Part shown: positions 17,862 to 28,082 of the stretch, piece after piece
Numbering within the stretch: the stretch's first letter is position 1
Layout of the letters: each line of letters opens with the position of its first letter
The notes under the pieces: generated by a model
The model's input: the letters and a program-made list of their open reading frames with translations, nothing else
What the model was told of the DNA's origin: nothing
Database searches by the model: none
Origin: an uncultured delta proteobacterium
GTDB lineage: Bacteria > Desulfobacterota > Binatia > Binatales > Binataceae
NCBI GenBank assembly: GCA_963794325.1
Contig: CAWCDG010000004.1
Span: forward strand, 1,447,302-1,511,301
Direction: 5' to 3'
Length of the DNA: 64,000 nt
Position numbers and translations under genes: made by a program

Positions 17862-19142
17862 TTACGGTGCGAAACGAGCGCAGGTCCAGTCGGTCAGGAC
17901 TTTCATCAGGCGCGGACGTGGATCGCCGAGATGCGCCTTGATGCCGCCGGCGCGCATGAAGTGATCCGCGCCTTCGATGAAGGCGAGAGTCTTGTCGCTC
18001 GCGCCCGACGCTTCGAATTCGCCGTGCACATCGGAAATGAAAATGTCCTGGTCGCCGTTCGCGCCTACCACCAAAGTCGGCACGCTGACCTTGGGGAGAT
18101 TCGACGCCATCTTGGCGAACGATGAGAGGCCGGACCAGGTCGATAGCCACGCGTCCGGGGTTACGATGCGGCCGAGGCCGAACGGCGTGTAGTTCGCGAA
18201 ATCGGGCCGCACTGAGATAATCGATCCGACCGCGCGTTCCGACGGATCGATCGACAGATCGAGATAGTTGAGGTTCGCCTGGGTGCGGTAAACGATCATG
18301 TACGCCGGCCCCATCGCGCGGCGCGCAGCATAGTTGCGATGGTCGGCGCTAGATGCGGCGAAGTCGGGCGCGCGCATCGCAGCGCGGCCGTGGATCGCCT
18401 CGGTAATATGACGCCGCGCGATCGCGTCGATCCGCGCACATCGCGCGACTTGCGCGGCGCGGTATCGCGGGACGAAATCCTTGAGGTAGCGGCTCTCGGC
18501 GGGCGGCGTCTTGAAGCCGTTGCGCTCGTCGTACATATCCAGCACGGGATCGCTCGCGAGCGGATCGGATTCATCGACCACCGCGGCATCGAGGCACGAC
18601 ATCAGCACCATCCCCTGTCCCGGATGTGCGGCAAGCGCGATATAGCCATCGGCAGCCGGGAGATCGAACTTGTTCAGATCCGGTGGACCGCCGCCGGGCG
18701 GTGCTGTCACGCGACTTCCGGCGGGCGTGCGCGCTTGCGAGTCATAGTAAGCGAACAGCGAGCCACCGCCGGAATTTCCGAGCATCACGATTTTCTCGAA
18801 GCCTTCCTCCTCGCGCAGGAATCGAATTCCCGCCGCGAGATCGAGCAGGAGATTTTCATGGAGCATCATCGCGTCGTTGTTCAGATAGCGCGTGTTGAAA
18901 CCGAACGCCGCGAAGCCTGCCTCGACCCAGAACGGAATCGAATAGTGTGTGCTGAAGTCGGCGCGCGGATGCGCCATGAACACGACGGTGCGCGGCTTGC
19001 CCGTGGCCGGCATATAGAGGATGCCGCGCGACTTGCCGAAGTCGGCAGCATAGAGCTGCACGGGTCGTTGGCGAATCGACGGGTCGATATCGCCGAAATC
19101 GATCGGATAGCGGGCTTGGTAATCGGCTGGCGCTTTGGGCAT
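17862..19142 (-). CDS. Alpha/beta hydrolase family protein
   Basis: 426 aa. Nucleophile elbow VMLGNSGGGSL, with a C-terminal His region (GADHFM). Confidence 0.6.
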   Translation of the reverse strand: MPKAPADYQARYPIDFGDIDPSIRQRPVQLYAADFGKSRGILYMPATGKPRTVVFMAHPRADFSTHYSIPFWVEAGFAAFGFNTRYLNNDAMMLHENLLLDLAAGIRFLREEEGFEKIVMLGNSGGGSLFAYYDSQARTPAGSRVTAPPGGGPPDLNKFDLPAADGYIALAAHPGQGMVLMSCLDAAVVDESDPLASDPVLDMYDERNGFKTPPAESRYLKDFVPRYRAAQVARCARIDAIARRHITEAIHGRAAMRAPDFAASSADHRNYAARRAMGPAYMIVYRTQANLNYLDLSIDPSERAVGSIISVRPDFANYTPFGLGRIVTPDAWLSTWSGLSSFAKMASNLPKVSVPTLVVGANGDQDIFISDVHGEFEASGASDKTLAFIEGADHFMRAGGIKAHLGDPRPRLMKVLTDWTCARFAP

Positions 19143-19558
19143 ATGTGGATCTCGCGCACTTATGCACGAACGTCAAGAATCACGCTCAAACTCTCGTAAT
19201 GTTCCGCGGCGTACCGTTTCTGTTGATAGAAATCAGCGCGAATGACTTCGCGTTTGTGATCTTTTCTACGTTTCAATTCGCCAATCCACGCTACAACAGG
19301 AATTCTTGTGTTTGATGATTTTTCTTTCACTCCTACAAAACGTCAGAAAATTTGACTTAGTCCGGATCGGGGGTGAGTGTTGGCTGCGAAGCGAATGATC
19401 GTTGCCGAGCATCGGCGAACGCTGACGTGAGCCGCGTCAGTAACTGACACTCAACGATCGTTCGCGACAGTACGCAGTGGTTTCGAAGATCGGTTGGCGC
19501 GACGAATCGCGCTGCCGATGCCGAAGTAAATGCTTGCCTTGGTTTTTGGGAGGGGATC

Positions 19559-22500
19559 ATGAGATTTCAATTCGCATCGCTGGCCAATGGGTTCCGGCAC
19601 CGCGCAGTCGTCTTCGCCGCAGTGCTGGTCATAGTTCCATCACTGTTGATGAGCGCATCGTTCTCGCAGGACGGCCCCGGAGCCGTAAAAGTAGCGAAGC
19701 ATATACCGAGCGACGCCACCGCGCTTGCCCGGATCATGAGCGCCCAACGCGCGTCAGGAGGTCCGATTCCTCCCGATGCCTATCAGAACGCAATGAAGGA
19801 GTGGGCCGCGATTTCGACCGGATCGCCGGTGACGACTCTCTCATCGACGAAATCGAAGGCGCTGGCGAGCAGCGTCACTGGACTGGTCTGGAAGCCGATC
19901 GGACCCAGTGGAATCACAGCAGGGACATCGACCTGGAATGGGCGCATCGACTCGATTGCGATCAATCCCAACAACCCGAACGTGATTTACATTGGTGCGA
20001 CTGACGGCGGCATTTGGAAAACGATCGACGCCGGCGTCAACTGGACACCGTTGACCGACCACCAGCCGATGCTCGCGATCGGCGAGCCGGGCGCGATCGC
20101 AATCGATCCGAACAACACCAATACTCTTTACGTTGGTACCTCTTCTTTCCTGAAGGTCACCGGCGCTCAGGGGACGCAACTCAACACGACGATAGGCGTT
20201 CTGAAGTCCACCGATGGCGGCGCAAGCTGGATCATCCTCGGCTCCGGATTTCCGGCCGGAAATAACGGTAACGCGAATCAATTCGTAAACCAGAGCATCT
20301 TTGGGATCGCGGTGGATCCCGCCGACAGCAACGACCTCTACCTTGCCGCGAGCACCGGCCTGTTTTTCTCGACCGATGCGGGACAGAACTGGACGCTCGG
20401 AACCGGCGGTGGCGGCGGCCAGGCCGACTCGTTGGGCTTCGATGCGTCCTCGCCGGTGGGCAATCGCACGCTCTTCGCCGGAATCAACGGCGTCGGCATC
20501 AAGCGATCGATCGACGGCGGAAATAACTGGATCCAGGTGCTCAACAGCACGACGCCTGCCGTCGCGGCGCAGTTGACGGCTCACAGCACGATTAGCAGCA
20601 ACGCGACGATCGGTAAGGTTGCGATTTCACTTGCTCCTTCAGTCGGCAACGCGGCCGGAGTGCAGGTGATCTACGCAACGATCGAGGGCCGGAACGGAGA
20701 CTTCGTACCCACCCCTTACACCGGCATCCTGGGAATTTTCGAGAGCCAGGATCAGGGAGTGACCTGGACCTTCCAGAGCGCCCCGGTCGCCCTCCAGTGC
20801 CAATGCTTCTACACCAACACGATCGCTGTTGATCCGGGATCGCCGGGCGACGGCGTCAACGACATCGTTTATTGGGGCGGCACTGACACTTTCAGGTCCG
20901 CCAACTCGGGGGTGAATTTCACCGACGTGACTCACGGTATCCACGCTGACAGTCATTCGTGGGGATTCGCGCCGGGCACGCCGACAATCGTTTACGCCGG
21001 CAACGACGGTGGCATCTGGAGGACCAAAGACTCGGGCGCGACCTGGACGGGGACCGGCGCCGGACCCGCAACGATCAACGCGGGCGGTCTGCAGACGGGC
21101 CTGCTCTATCACATGGATATCAAGCGCAACGCGACCGCCGATGTCACACTCGGCGCGTTCCAGGACAACGGCGACAACAAATGGACCGGCGCTCCCGGAT
21201 GGCTCAACACCCTGGGCGGTGATGGTCTCAACGTGATCTTCGACCAGCAAATGGTGGCAGACGCGTATGCGATCAACAACGGAGGGCCGAATATATCGAC
21301 TGATAGCGGCAGCACCTGGGCCGATATCACCAATAATATCCCGCACGCTGATCAACAGGTGCAGATTTTCCAGAATGCGATCAGCGTCGATCCCAACAAC
21401 GCCGGCTTCCTGTATTTCAGCGGCGCGGCGAATCCGCAAAACCCGGGTCCGGCCACCGTTCCCGGCCAGTTGTTCCAGAGCAAAAACTTTGGAGCTTCGT
21501 GGACAGCGATAACCACCTTCTCGGCGGTTACGAATGTCGGTCCTTCTGCGGTCGCGCCTGCTAATTCCAACAACCTGGCGGTCATCGACGGCAATACGCT
21601 CTACATCACGCCCAACGCATTGGCAGCGACACCTAGCTTCACGCAGATTCCGGGCACGCCTTCTCGAGGGATAACTCGGATGGCGTTCGATCCGAACGAT
21701 CCGACGGTTCTGTATTTCGTGACGTCGGGGTTTTCCGGATTCCCCGGCGGCCACGTATTCAAGGTCAAGTTTTCCGTCGTCGCCGGTCCGATGGTTCTGC
21801 CCGGCTCGGTTGTCGACGTGTCACCTCCGATCGACGTTCCGTTCGACGGACTCGCGCTTGACGGCGGCACCACCCCAACCACCATCTACGCCGGCAGCGA
21901 CCTCGGCGTATTGCGCTCGGTTGACGGCGGCGTGACCTGGACGACGCTCGACGCGCTGCACTTCCCCAACGCGATAGTCTCCGACCTGCAGATCAACCCA
22001 ACCGCCGGAGTGCTACGCGCCTCCACCTATGGACGCGGCGTTTTTGAATTTGCCCCCGCCACCGGACCGGTGATCGCGGTCAATCCTGAGAACAACCTGG
22101 AGTTCGGACCGACTTGCGCGGGAAGTACGGTCTCGTTGAACCTCGAGGTCTTCAACGTCGGCACCACCAACCTGATAATCAACAGTGTGATTCGGCTCGC
22201 GGGTTCCACCGACTTCACTGTGGCGCCGAATCCGATGACCCCGCTCACGATTAGTCCCGACGCTCATGTTGATTTCACGATTCAGTTCAAGCCGACGATC
22301 CTGGGACCGCAATCGGCGACGATCGCAATCAACAGCAACGATCCGGGATCGCCCCAGACTGTTCTGACTGCGACCGGCAGCGAAGGCAGCGGGACAGTCA
22401 CACTAACCGGCAGCGGCGCTTTCGGCAGTACCATATGTGCCGGCCCCAATCGGCCCACTCAAACCATCAAGGTGGACAACGTCGGTACGTGCGATCTGCA

Positions 22501-23419
22501 CCTGATTAATGCGTTCCCGACGTGTGCGGATTTCACGCTCGTCAATCCGCCCTCCTTCCCGGTGCCCATCAGCCCCGACTCGGGCATCGACCTGACGGTG
22601 CAGTTCACTCCGACTTCTGCCGGACTCAAGGCATGCACGCTGGAGGTAGTGACAGACGATCCGATCAATCCGTTCGAATTCCTGCCTCTCACCGCGACAA
22701 CGCCGACGGGACCCACGGAGCTGACCTTCCCCACCAGTCTCACGTTCCCGCCTACTGTAATCCAGTCGAGGGCGGCGTGTTCCGCGACGCTGGGCGTTCC
22801 GGTCGTCAATTCCGGTTCGTGCCCGGTCACGATCGACTCGGTGACGCTGAATAATCTATCGGCTACGCCGCCCGATTATACGCTGACCGGACTTCCGGGC
22901 CTGCCGCTGAATCTGGGAGCGGGCCAACAGCTTGGGGCTGGCGACCTTGACGTGGTCTTCGCACCGTTTACGTTGGCTCGCACGAGTACCGGCACAGTTG
23001 ACGTGGAATTCGAGAACGATCCGATTACTCACACCTTGACCACGGTCTCGGTGCCGTTCTGCGGCGAGGCAACTCATCGCGGCATACGCGTGCTGGTAAC
23101 GCGGGGCGGAGTGCCGGTGTCGAAGGTGAAAAGGATCTTTCTGCAGACCGCTGATGGGCCTGAGCAGCCCGGCGGAAGATTCCAACTGCCGAGAACGATC
23201 AAGAACGCGTCGTTGCAGACAGTAACCGGTACGCCGCCGTGCCCGTCGTTCCAATTCCACGGCGAATTTGGCGGCGAGAGCAATCCCTTCCAACTAAAGG
23301 ATGGGACGTACCGGATCGTGGTTCAGATTAAGGAGGGCAACAAGCTCAAAACGAGAATCGTCCGCGTCAATATCGACGACTGTACGTTCACCCAGAATGT
23401 CGTAGTAGCGTTCCCATGA
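19559..23419 (+). CDS. Large secreted Asp-box (BNR) beta-propeller protein with C-terminal Ig-like (choice-of-anchor-D / ASH-like) repeats
   Basis: 1286 aa with a signal peptide. Nine S/T-x-D-x-G-x-x-W boxes (TIDAGVNW, STDGGASW, STDAGQNW, SIDGGNNW, SQDQGVTW, TKDSGATW, STDSGSTW, SKNFGASW, SVDGGVTW). C-terminal repeats follow the pattern LEFGPTCAGSTVSLNLEVFNVGTTNLIINSV...FTIQFKPT. SD GGGAGGGG lies upstream. Confidence 0.8.
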   Translation: MRFQFASLANGFRHRAVVFAAVLVIVPSLLMSASFSQDGPGAVKVAKHIPSDATALARIMSAQRASGGPIPPDAYQNAMKEWAAISTGSPVTTLSSTKSKALASSVTGLVWKPIGPSGITAGTSTWNGRIDSIAINPNNPNVIYIGATDGGIWKTIDAGVNWTPLTDHQPMLAIGEPGAIAIDPNNTNTLYVGTSSFLKVTGAQGTQLNTTIGVLKSTDGGASWIILGSGFPAGNNGNANQFVNQSIFGIAVDPADSNDLYLAASTGLFFSTDAGQNWTLGTGGGGGQADSLGFDASSPVGNRTLFAGINGVGIKRSIDGGNNWIQVLNSTTPAVAAQLTAHSTISSNATIGKVAISLAPSVGNAAGVQVIYATIEGRNGDFVPTPYTGILGIFESQDQGVTWTFQSAPVALQCQCFYTNTIAVDPGSPGDGVNDIVYWGGTDTFRSANSGVNFTDVTHGIHADSHSWGFAPGTPTIVYAGNDGGIWRTKDSGATWTGTGAGPATINAGGLQTGLLYHMDIKRNATADVTLGAFQDNGDNKWTGAPGWLNTLGGDGLNVIFDQQMVADAYAINNGGPNISTDSGSTWADITNNIPHADQQVQIFQNAISVDPNNAGFLYFSGAANPQNPGPATVPGQLFQSKNFGASWTAITTFSAVTNVGPSAVAPANSNNLAVIDGNTLYITPNALAATPSFTQIPGTPSRGITRMAFDPNDPTVLYFVTSGFSGFPGGHVFKVKFSVVAGPMVLPGSVVDVSPPIDVPFDGLALDGGTTPTTIYAGSDLGVLRSVDGGVTWTTLDALHFPNAIVSDLQINPTAGVLRASTYGRGVFEFAPATGPVIAVNPENNLEFGPTCAGSTVSLNLEVFNVGTTNLIINSVIRLAGSTDFTVAPNPMTPLTISPDAHVDFTIQFKPTILGPQSATIAINSNDPGSPQTVLTATGSEGSGTVTLTGSGAFGSTICAGPNRPTQTIKVDNVGTCDLHLINAFPTCADFTLVNPPSFPVPISPDSGIDLTVQFTPTSAGLKACTLEVVTDDPINPFEFLPLTATTPTGPTELTFPTSLTFPPTVIQSRAACSATLGVPVVNSGSCPVTIDSVTLNNLSATPPDYTLTGLPGLPLNLGAGQQLGAGDLDVVFAPFTLARTSTGTVDVEFENDPITHTLTTVSVPFCGEATHRGIRVLVTRGGVPVSKVKRIFLQTADGPEQPGGRFQLPRTIKNASLQTVTGTPPCPSFQFHGEFGGESNPFQLKDGTYRIVVQIKEGNKLKTRIVRVNIDDCTFTQNVVVAFP

Positions 23420-23433
23420 TCGTGTAGATGACG

Positions 23434-23477
23434 GGGCGGTCGCGAGAATCATCTCGCGACCGCCCTTCATTCATCTT
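23434..23477 (+). terminator. Rho-independent terminator after the Asp-box gene
   Basis: GGGCGGTCGCGAGA-atca-TCTCGCGACCGCCC (14-bp stem) followed by T-rich TTCATTCATCTT, 15 nt after the stop codon. Confidence 0.75.
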
Positions 23478-23571
23478 CCCGCGCCCAACACCGCCGCCTT
23501 CACGCCGCGCATAGGGCTTACTCCTGCGCCGCGCGGTCGTGTAGAATCCCGTAGATCGAAGGTGGCGCAAT

Positions 23572-24615
23572 TTGAAGACTGGCATCATCGGCGCGCGCGG
23601 CGCCGGCAAATCAACTGTATTTCACGCTCTGACAGGACTCGCGCCGATTCCCGGCACCGCCGAGGGCCGCAATCGCGCGCGTCCGGGACAAATCAAGGTC
23701 GCCGATCCGCGGCTCGATTTGCTTGAAGAGGCGTACGGGTCGAAGAAAAAGATTCCGGTCGAGCTCACGATCCTCGACTTCGCGCCTAATCCGAAAGAGC
23801 AGAAAGAGGGCGCGGCGCTCGATCCGAGCCTGCTGCCGTTGGTGCGCGACATGGACGCGCTGCTGATCGTGATTCCGCAGTTCGGCGGAATGGAAAAAGA
23901 TTTGGTCGCGACGCTCGAGAGTATCGAAGGCGAGCTGGTGTTCGCCGACTTCGATCAGGCCGAGCGCCGGCTCGAGCGCCTCAAGAAAGAAAAGGGCAGC
24001 GACTTCGAGCGTGCGGCGCTCGAGAAAGTGATCGCATGGCTCGGCGAAGGCAAGCCGCTGAGACTGCTCGAATTGACGGCGCAGGAGATGCAAGCATTCT
24101 CGAGCTTTGGATTTCTCTCACGCAAGCCCGCGCTGGTCACCGTCAACTGCGAGATGGAACGAGCGTCCGCCGACGTCACCGAGGCGGAGCACGCGGCGGT
24201 GCGCGCGCATGGGCTCGAGGTCTTCAGGCTCTCGGCCGCATTCGAGTCCGAGTTGTGGGAACTCGACGAGAGCGGCCAGAAGGAAATGCTCAAGGACGCG
24301 GGCCTCGACGCGCCTGCGCGCGATCGATTGATCGGTGCGCTCTACAACCATCTCGGGCTGATCACTTTCTACACGGCCGGCGAGCCGGAAGCGCATGCAT
24401 GGTCGCTGCGCCGCGGCGAGTCGGCGCTCGACGCTGCCGGCGTGATTCACACCGACATCGCGCGCGGGTTCATCCGTGCCGAAGTCGTCAGCTACGACGA
24501 TTTTGCTGTCCACAAATCTGACGTGAAGGTCAAAGAGGCCGGCAAGCTCAGACTCGAAGGACGCGACTACGTGATGCGCGACGGCGATATGATCCACATC
24601 CGGTTTAAGGTGTGA
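23572..24615 (+). CDS. ychF: YchF-type ribosome-binding ATPase/GTPase (divergent)
   Basis: TTG start preceded by GAAGGTGG. P-loop GIIGARGAGKSTVFHALTG. C-terminal FYTAGEPEAHAWSLRRGESALDAAGVIHTDIARGFIRAEVVSYDDF matches the YchF C-terminal (DUF933/TGS-like) domain. Confidence 0.8.
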   Translation: MKTGIIGARGAGKSTVFHALTGLAPIPGTAEGRNRARPGQIKVADPRLDLLEEAYGSKKKIPVELTILDFAPNPKEQKEGAALDPSLLPLVRDMDALLIVIPQFGGMEKDLVATLESIEGELVFADFDQAERRLERLKKEKGSDFERAALEKVIAWLGEGKPLRLLELTAQEMQAFSSFGFLSRKPALVTVNCEMERASADVTEAEHAAVRAHGLEVFRLSAAFESELWELDESGQKEMLKDAGLDAPARDRLIGALYNHLGLITFYTAGEPEAHAWSLRRGESALDAAGVIHTDIARGFIRAEVVSYDDFAVHKSDVKVKEAGKLRLEGRDYVMRDGDMIHIRFKV

Positions 24616-24637
24616 TCGGCTACGCGCGAAGAAAAGA

Positions 24638-24737
24638 CGCCTGCGCGGCGTGCGGCAGGGGTGACCCCTGCAGCTCACAGTATTAAGAAAAGAAATCGCA
24701 AAATCGCGCGGACGCGCTTTTGCTCTGAGGGTCGGGG
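24638..24737 (+). repeat. Intergenic repeat family R1, copy A
   Basis: CGCCTGCGCGGCG..GGCAGGGGTGACCCCTGCA..AGTATTAAGAAAAGAAATC-GCAAAA..TTTTGC-TCTGAGGGTCGGGGG. Shares both ends and the core with copies at 42473 and 41456. Confidence 0.8.
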
Positions 24738-24788
24738 GAGACGTTGACAGGGCGGGTTCTCCTCCACCACAATCGTCGCGATTCAACC

Positions 24789-25926
24789 ATGGCTCTTTCC
24801 GGTTTCAAGATCATCGACGCGGACGGCCACGTCACCGAGCCTGCTTCGCTCTACTCGCGCCATATCGATCCGAAATTCCGCACTGCCGCAGACGCTATAC
24901 TGTCGCGGATCGGACCCGGCAACCTCGGAATCGTTCCCGCGATGTATCCGAAGTGGCGAACGGCGGAGCGTCCGCTCGGCGAGACGAACGAAGTGTCTTG
25001 GCCTTGGCAAATTGCCGTCGGGCCGCAACCATCCAATGGCCTCGCCTGCGGGCGGCTTCGATCCCGCCGAGCGTATCCACGACATGGACAAGGAGGGCAT
25101 CGACGTTGCTGTATGCTTCGCGACGGTCGCGACCTCAGTATGCGCCGCGACTGACCCTGCGATGGAAGCCGCGCTCGCGCGTGCCTACAACCGATGGGTC
25201 GGCGAGTACTGTGGCGCGTTCCCTTCGCGAATCAAGGCGGTCGGCATTGTTCCGCAGCGCGAGATGCACCGATGCGCCGAGGAGGTCGAGTATCTCGCGC
25301 GCGAGCCGTGGGCAGTCGGCATCATGACCTTCGGCAATCTCGATGGGATGCTACCGGACCATCCTTATTTCGATCTGCTGTATAGAGCCGCGCAGGAGGC
25401 CGACTTGCCGATCTGTTTTCATGGCGGCACGGATCGGCCGCCGTTCGCGCCTGGCCGCGAGGATGTCGGCAACAACATGTTCATGATGCATCTGACGGGC
25501 CACGTCTGGCATCAGATGCGGGTGATGGCGGCGGCGGTCGGCGGCGGACTATTCGAGCGATACCCGAAGCTCAGGATGGGATTTTTCGAAGGCGGAATCT
25601 CGTGGGTGCCGTGGTGGGCCGAGCGGATGGACGCGCACTACAAACACTTCGCGCGTCACACGCCGCATCTGACGCGCAAGCCGTCCGAGCACATGCGCGG
25701 CGATCGATGCTTCTTCACGTTCGATCCCGACGAAGCGATGCTGCCTGAGGCGATGCGCTTGCTTGGTGCGTCACGCCTGATGTGGGCGTCGGACTATCCG
25801 CATTTCGACGCCGAGTTCCCCGACGCTGCCGAAATCGTCGTGAACAACCCGCGGTTGTCGAACGATGAAAAGCGCGCAATCCTCGCCGACAACGCCCTCC
25901 GCTTTTTCACGCGCATCGCCACATAA
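24789..25926 (+). pseudogene. Amidohydrolase-2 (ACMSD-like metal-dependent hydrolase), apparent frameshift near 24995-25015
   Basis: The N-terminus MALSGFKIIDADGHVTEP is in one frame (ORF 24744..25154). The rest (GGFDPAERIHDMDKEGIDVAVCF...WASDYPHFD) is in the +1 frame (ORF 25012..25926). Together they make one typical amidohydrolase. Confidence 0.7.
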
Positions 25927-25970
25927 GCCAACTTTCCAGACTCATTGAAGTAGTCGCGCCTTTGCCCTCG

Positions 25971-26129
25971 CCTCCCCCGTTCGTGGGGGGAGGCCGACGC
26001 GCGTCTTCGCGCGGCGGGTGGGGACCTTAGCTTCTGAATTTTTCCATTGCCAGAGAGGATGGCGCCGCACCAGACAATCGCGCGCCAATTGTCCCCCACC
26101 CTAACCCTCCCCCACGAACGGGGGAGGGA
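25971..26129. repeat. R2-type element: two inverted G/C-rich hairpins flanking ~110 bp
   Basis: Left end CCTCCCCCGTTCGTGGGGGGAGG...GGGTGGGGAC. The reverse complement of the right end is CCTCCCCCGTTCGTGGGGGAGGGTTAGGGTGGGGGAC. Confidence 0.65.
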
Positions 26130-26130
26130 A

Positions 26131-26222
26131 TCAGAAAAAGCGCGTCTGCGCGAATTTGCGATTTCTTTTTCTTAATGTTGGGTGCAGAGCCTGTCCTGAG
26201 CCTTGCCGAAGGAGGTCACCCC
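26131..26222 (-). repeat. Intergenic repeat family R1, copy B (long-core variant)
   Basis: The reverse complement reads GGGGTGACCTCCTTCGGCAAGGCTCAGGACAGGCTCTGCACCCAACATTAAGAAAAAGAAATCGCAAATTCGCGCAGACGCGC. It has the same core insertion as copy C and the same tail as copy A. Confidence 0.7.
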
Positions 26223-26571
26223 CCGCGACGGTGTCGATGCCGCCCGCCGCGCAGGCGTCTGGAATTTGCGTTAATGCGATCGGGAGCGGCTTTGAATATG
26301 GCGGGGAAAAAGTGCCGGCGCAGAGCGACTCGTTGGACCTGCGAGGCGCATCCGCGCCGGCGACGGACACGGGACCTTTTGTCACGATCGCGGCAAGCCC
26401 GCGATACGGCGGCGACTATATTCCGCAACTCATAATAAGTAAAACGGTCGCGATGAGCACACTGTGGACAAACGGGGAATCAAAGGAAACACAGACGCGG
26501 AGCGCCACGGCTATCAGCCGTATCGCTCCGCGCCGCTTCACTAATCAATCAGACAGGTGATGCGGACGCGC

Positions 26572-27870
26572 TCAAGGAGCCGCCGCCACCATCGATTTCA
26601 CTGTGCAGAAATCCTTGTCGATGGCGCCCATGTTGATGTACCAGCATTCGCGCTCGGGCGTGTGCTGGCCGGGCAGATAACACATCGTCGAGAAATTTCC
26701 CTGCGTGTCGATCGACGCCGCACCGACTACGAACTCGCGTTTGAACGGATAGATCGCAACGCGCGCATCGGGCACCGGGCGGTCGCGAAAAGCCAGCCAG
26801 TAGATGTGCGTGCGCCACAGATGACCCTTCTGGTCGTAGGTGTCCACGTACGGCTCGAAACACAATTCGCTGTCGATATAGACGTTGGTCGATTTATCGA
26901 GCGCACCGCTTGCCTCGGAGAGATCGCGCCGCGGAGTCGCCTCGACGATGTACAGATGGCGCATCTCCCAAGCCTCGGGGCATGCGGTCGCACCGCCGTC
27001 GTAGGGGCAGGTATCTTCGGGCGAATGCTCGGCGTGCACGCTCCCAAGCATCTCCCTCTCACCCAGGAATCGGTAGTTGTACTGCTCGGTCTTGGGGTTG
27101 AAGCCTGCATAGTGGTCAGGATCGTAGCTCTGCGCGCCGGTCGCGGTGGAGAGAATCGCCTCGCTCAGACGGCGTACGCGACGGGTGCCGGGGGTCCAAT
27201 CCCAGCTGTCGTCGCCGCGCTTCGGATCAGCGTAGCGATAGCGGATGAGTCCGGTTCCGCGCGCCTCTTGCGGAGCGAGCACCGGGTACAAAGCAAATAC
27301 CCATAAGCGCCCCGACTGTTTGAAGTCGGGATCTACCGGCAGCGGTTCGACTTCGGTTCGTCCGAACAGGTTGTAACCGGCGTAGTGACCGATCTCGATG
27401 TCATCGATAATTTTCTGGTCCTGACCCGGACGAACGTACTCGCTCTGACAATCATAAAAGCGCAGATCGTAGTCGTCCGTGCTGATCGGGCGGAACACAT
27501 TGTTCCACATGATCTTGGTCGCAACATAAGGATCGTTCGGATCGATCAGCGGAAACGCCTGGCCGGCGACGTAGCCGACCATGCTGCGATGATCGTTGGT
27601 GAGCCGAACCTGTTGCGAATACTTTTCCGTCGCGTCCCGGTATGGCGGCGGCCAATCGACCCGCTCGGGCGCGATTATCTCCATCCGCATCCCATGTTGG
27701 ACCGCGTAGTACACGCCGGGCGAAACCAGATCTTTGACCAGTGCCGCGTTGCTGGGCGCAATTACGTCGCCGGCCTTCACGACTGCATTAGCTGAAGCTG
27801 CGACAAGACATAAGCAAATCGTCAGCGTCCCCACGCCGAGCATCGTCTTCCCCAAAACATGCTTGACCAT
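26572..27870 (-). CDS. DUF1329-like (LolA-like fold) periplasmic protein, paralogue 2
   Basis: 432 aa with a signal peptide. GYVAGQAFPLIDPNDPYVATKIMWNNVFRP matches my memory of the DUF1329 G.PFP...K.MWN motif. Highly similar along its length to the 28083..29387 product. It has its own SD (GGAGGGAGG). Confidence 0.55.
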   Translation of the reverse strand: MVKHVLGKTMLGVGTLTICLCLVAASANAVVKAGDVIAPSNAALVKDLVSPGVYYAVQHGMRMEIIAPERVDWPPPYRDATEKYSQQVRLTNDHRSMVGYVAGQAFPLIDPNDPYVATKIMWNNVFRPISTDDYDLRFYDCQSEYVRPGQDQKIIDDIEIGHYAGYNLFGRTEVEPLPVDPDFKQSGRLWVFALYPVLAPQEARGTGLIRYRYADPKRGDDSWDWTPGTRRVRRLSEAILSTATGAQSYDPDHYAGFNPKTEQYNYRFLGEREMLGSVHAEHSPEDTCPYDGGATACPEAWEMRHLYIVEATPRRDLSEASGALDKSTNVYIDSELCFEPYVDTYDQKGHLWRTHIYWLAFRDRPVPDARVAIYPFKREFVVGAASIDTQGNFSTMCYLPGQHTPERECWYINMGAIDKDFCTVKSMVAAAP

Positions 27871-27992
27871 CAGGCATCACCTCCCTCCGTGATTAGAGTC
27901 AATTCTGGGTCTCGAAATTTTACGGAGTCAAGTATCTACCACCTAATATCATCAAAATGTGCATTAATTCTACTAATTGGCTGATACTGGGG

Positions 27993-28037
27993 AAAAAAGA
28001 AGCGGGGCGATGTGGCCTGTTTGCCGCATCGCCCCGC
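27993..28037 (-). terminator. Rho-independent terminator between the two DUF1329-like genes
   Basis: On the minus strand: GCGGGGCGATG-(14 nt)-CATCGCCCCGC followed by CTTCTTTTTTCCCC, 46 nt after the stop of the upstream paralogue. Confidence 0.7.
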
Positions 28038-28082
28038 CGAGGTTACCGGGAGCTAAGCTCCTGATTTATCTAACGAATCAGC

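Noticed and set aside
17350-23419. Other long shadow ORFs (17350..18150 minus, 18339..19199 plus, 19841..20584 minus, 20639..21754 minus)
   Set aside because: Same reasoning. They are antisense to, or out of frame with, well-supported genes (LLM, hydrolase, Asp-box protein), and their composition is junk-like.
26131-26571. ORFs 26156..26560(+), 26175..26435(+), 26131..26385(-) in the gap before the DUF1329-like gene
   Set aside because: - They overlap the R1/R2 repeats.
- They have no RBS or recognisable domain, and their composition is Arg/Pro-rich.
- I treat the region as non-coding.
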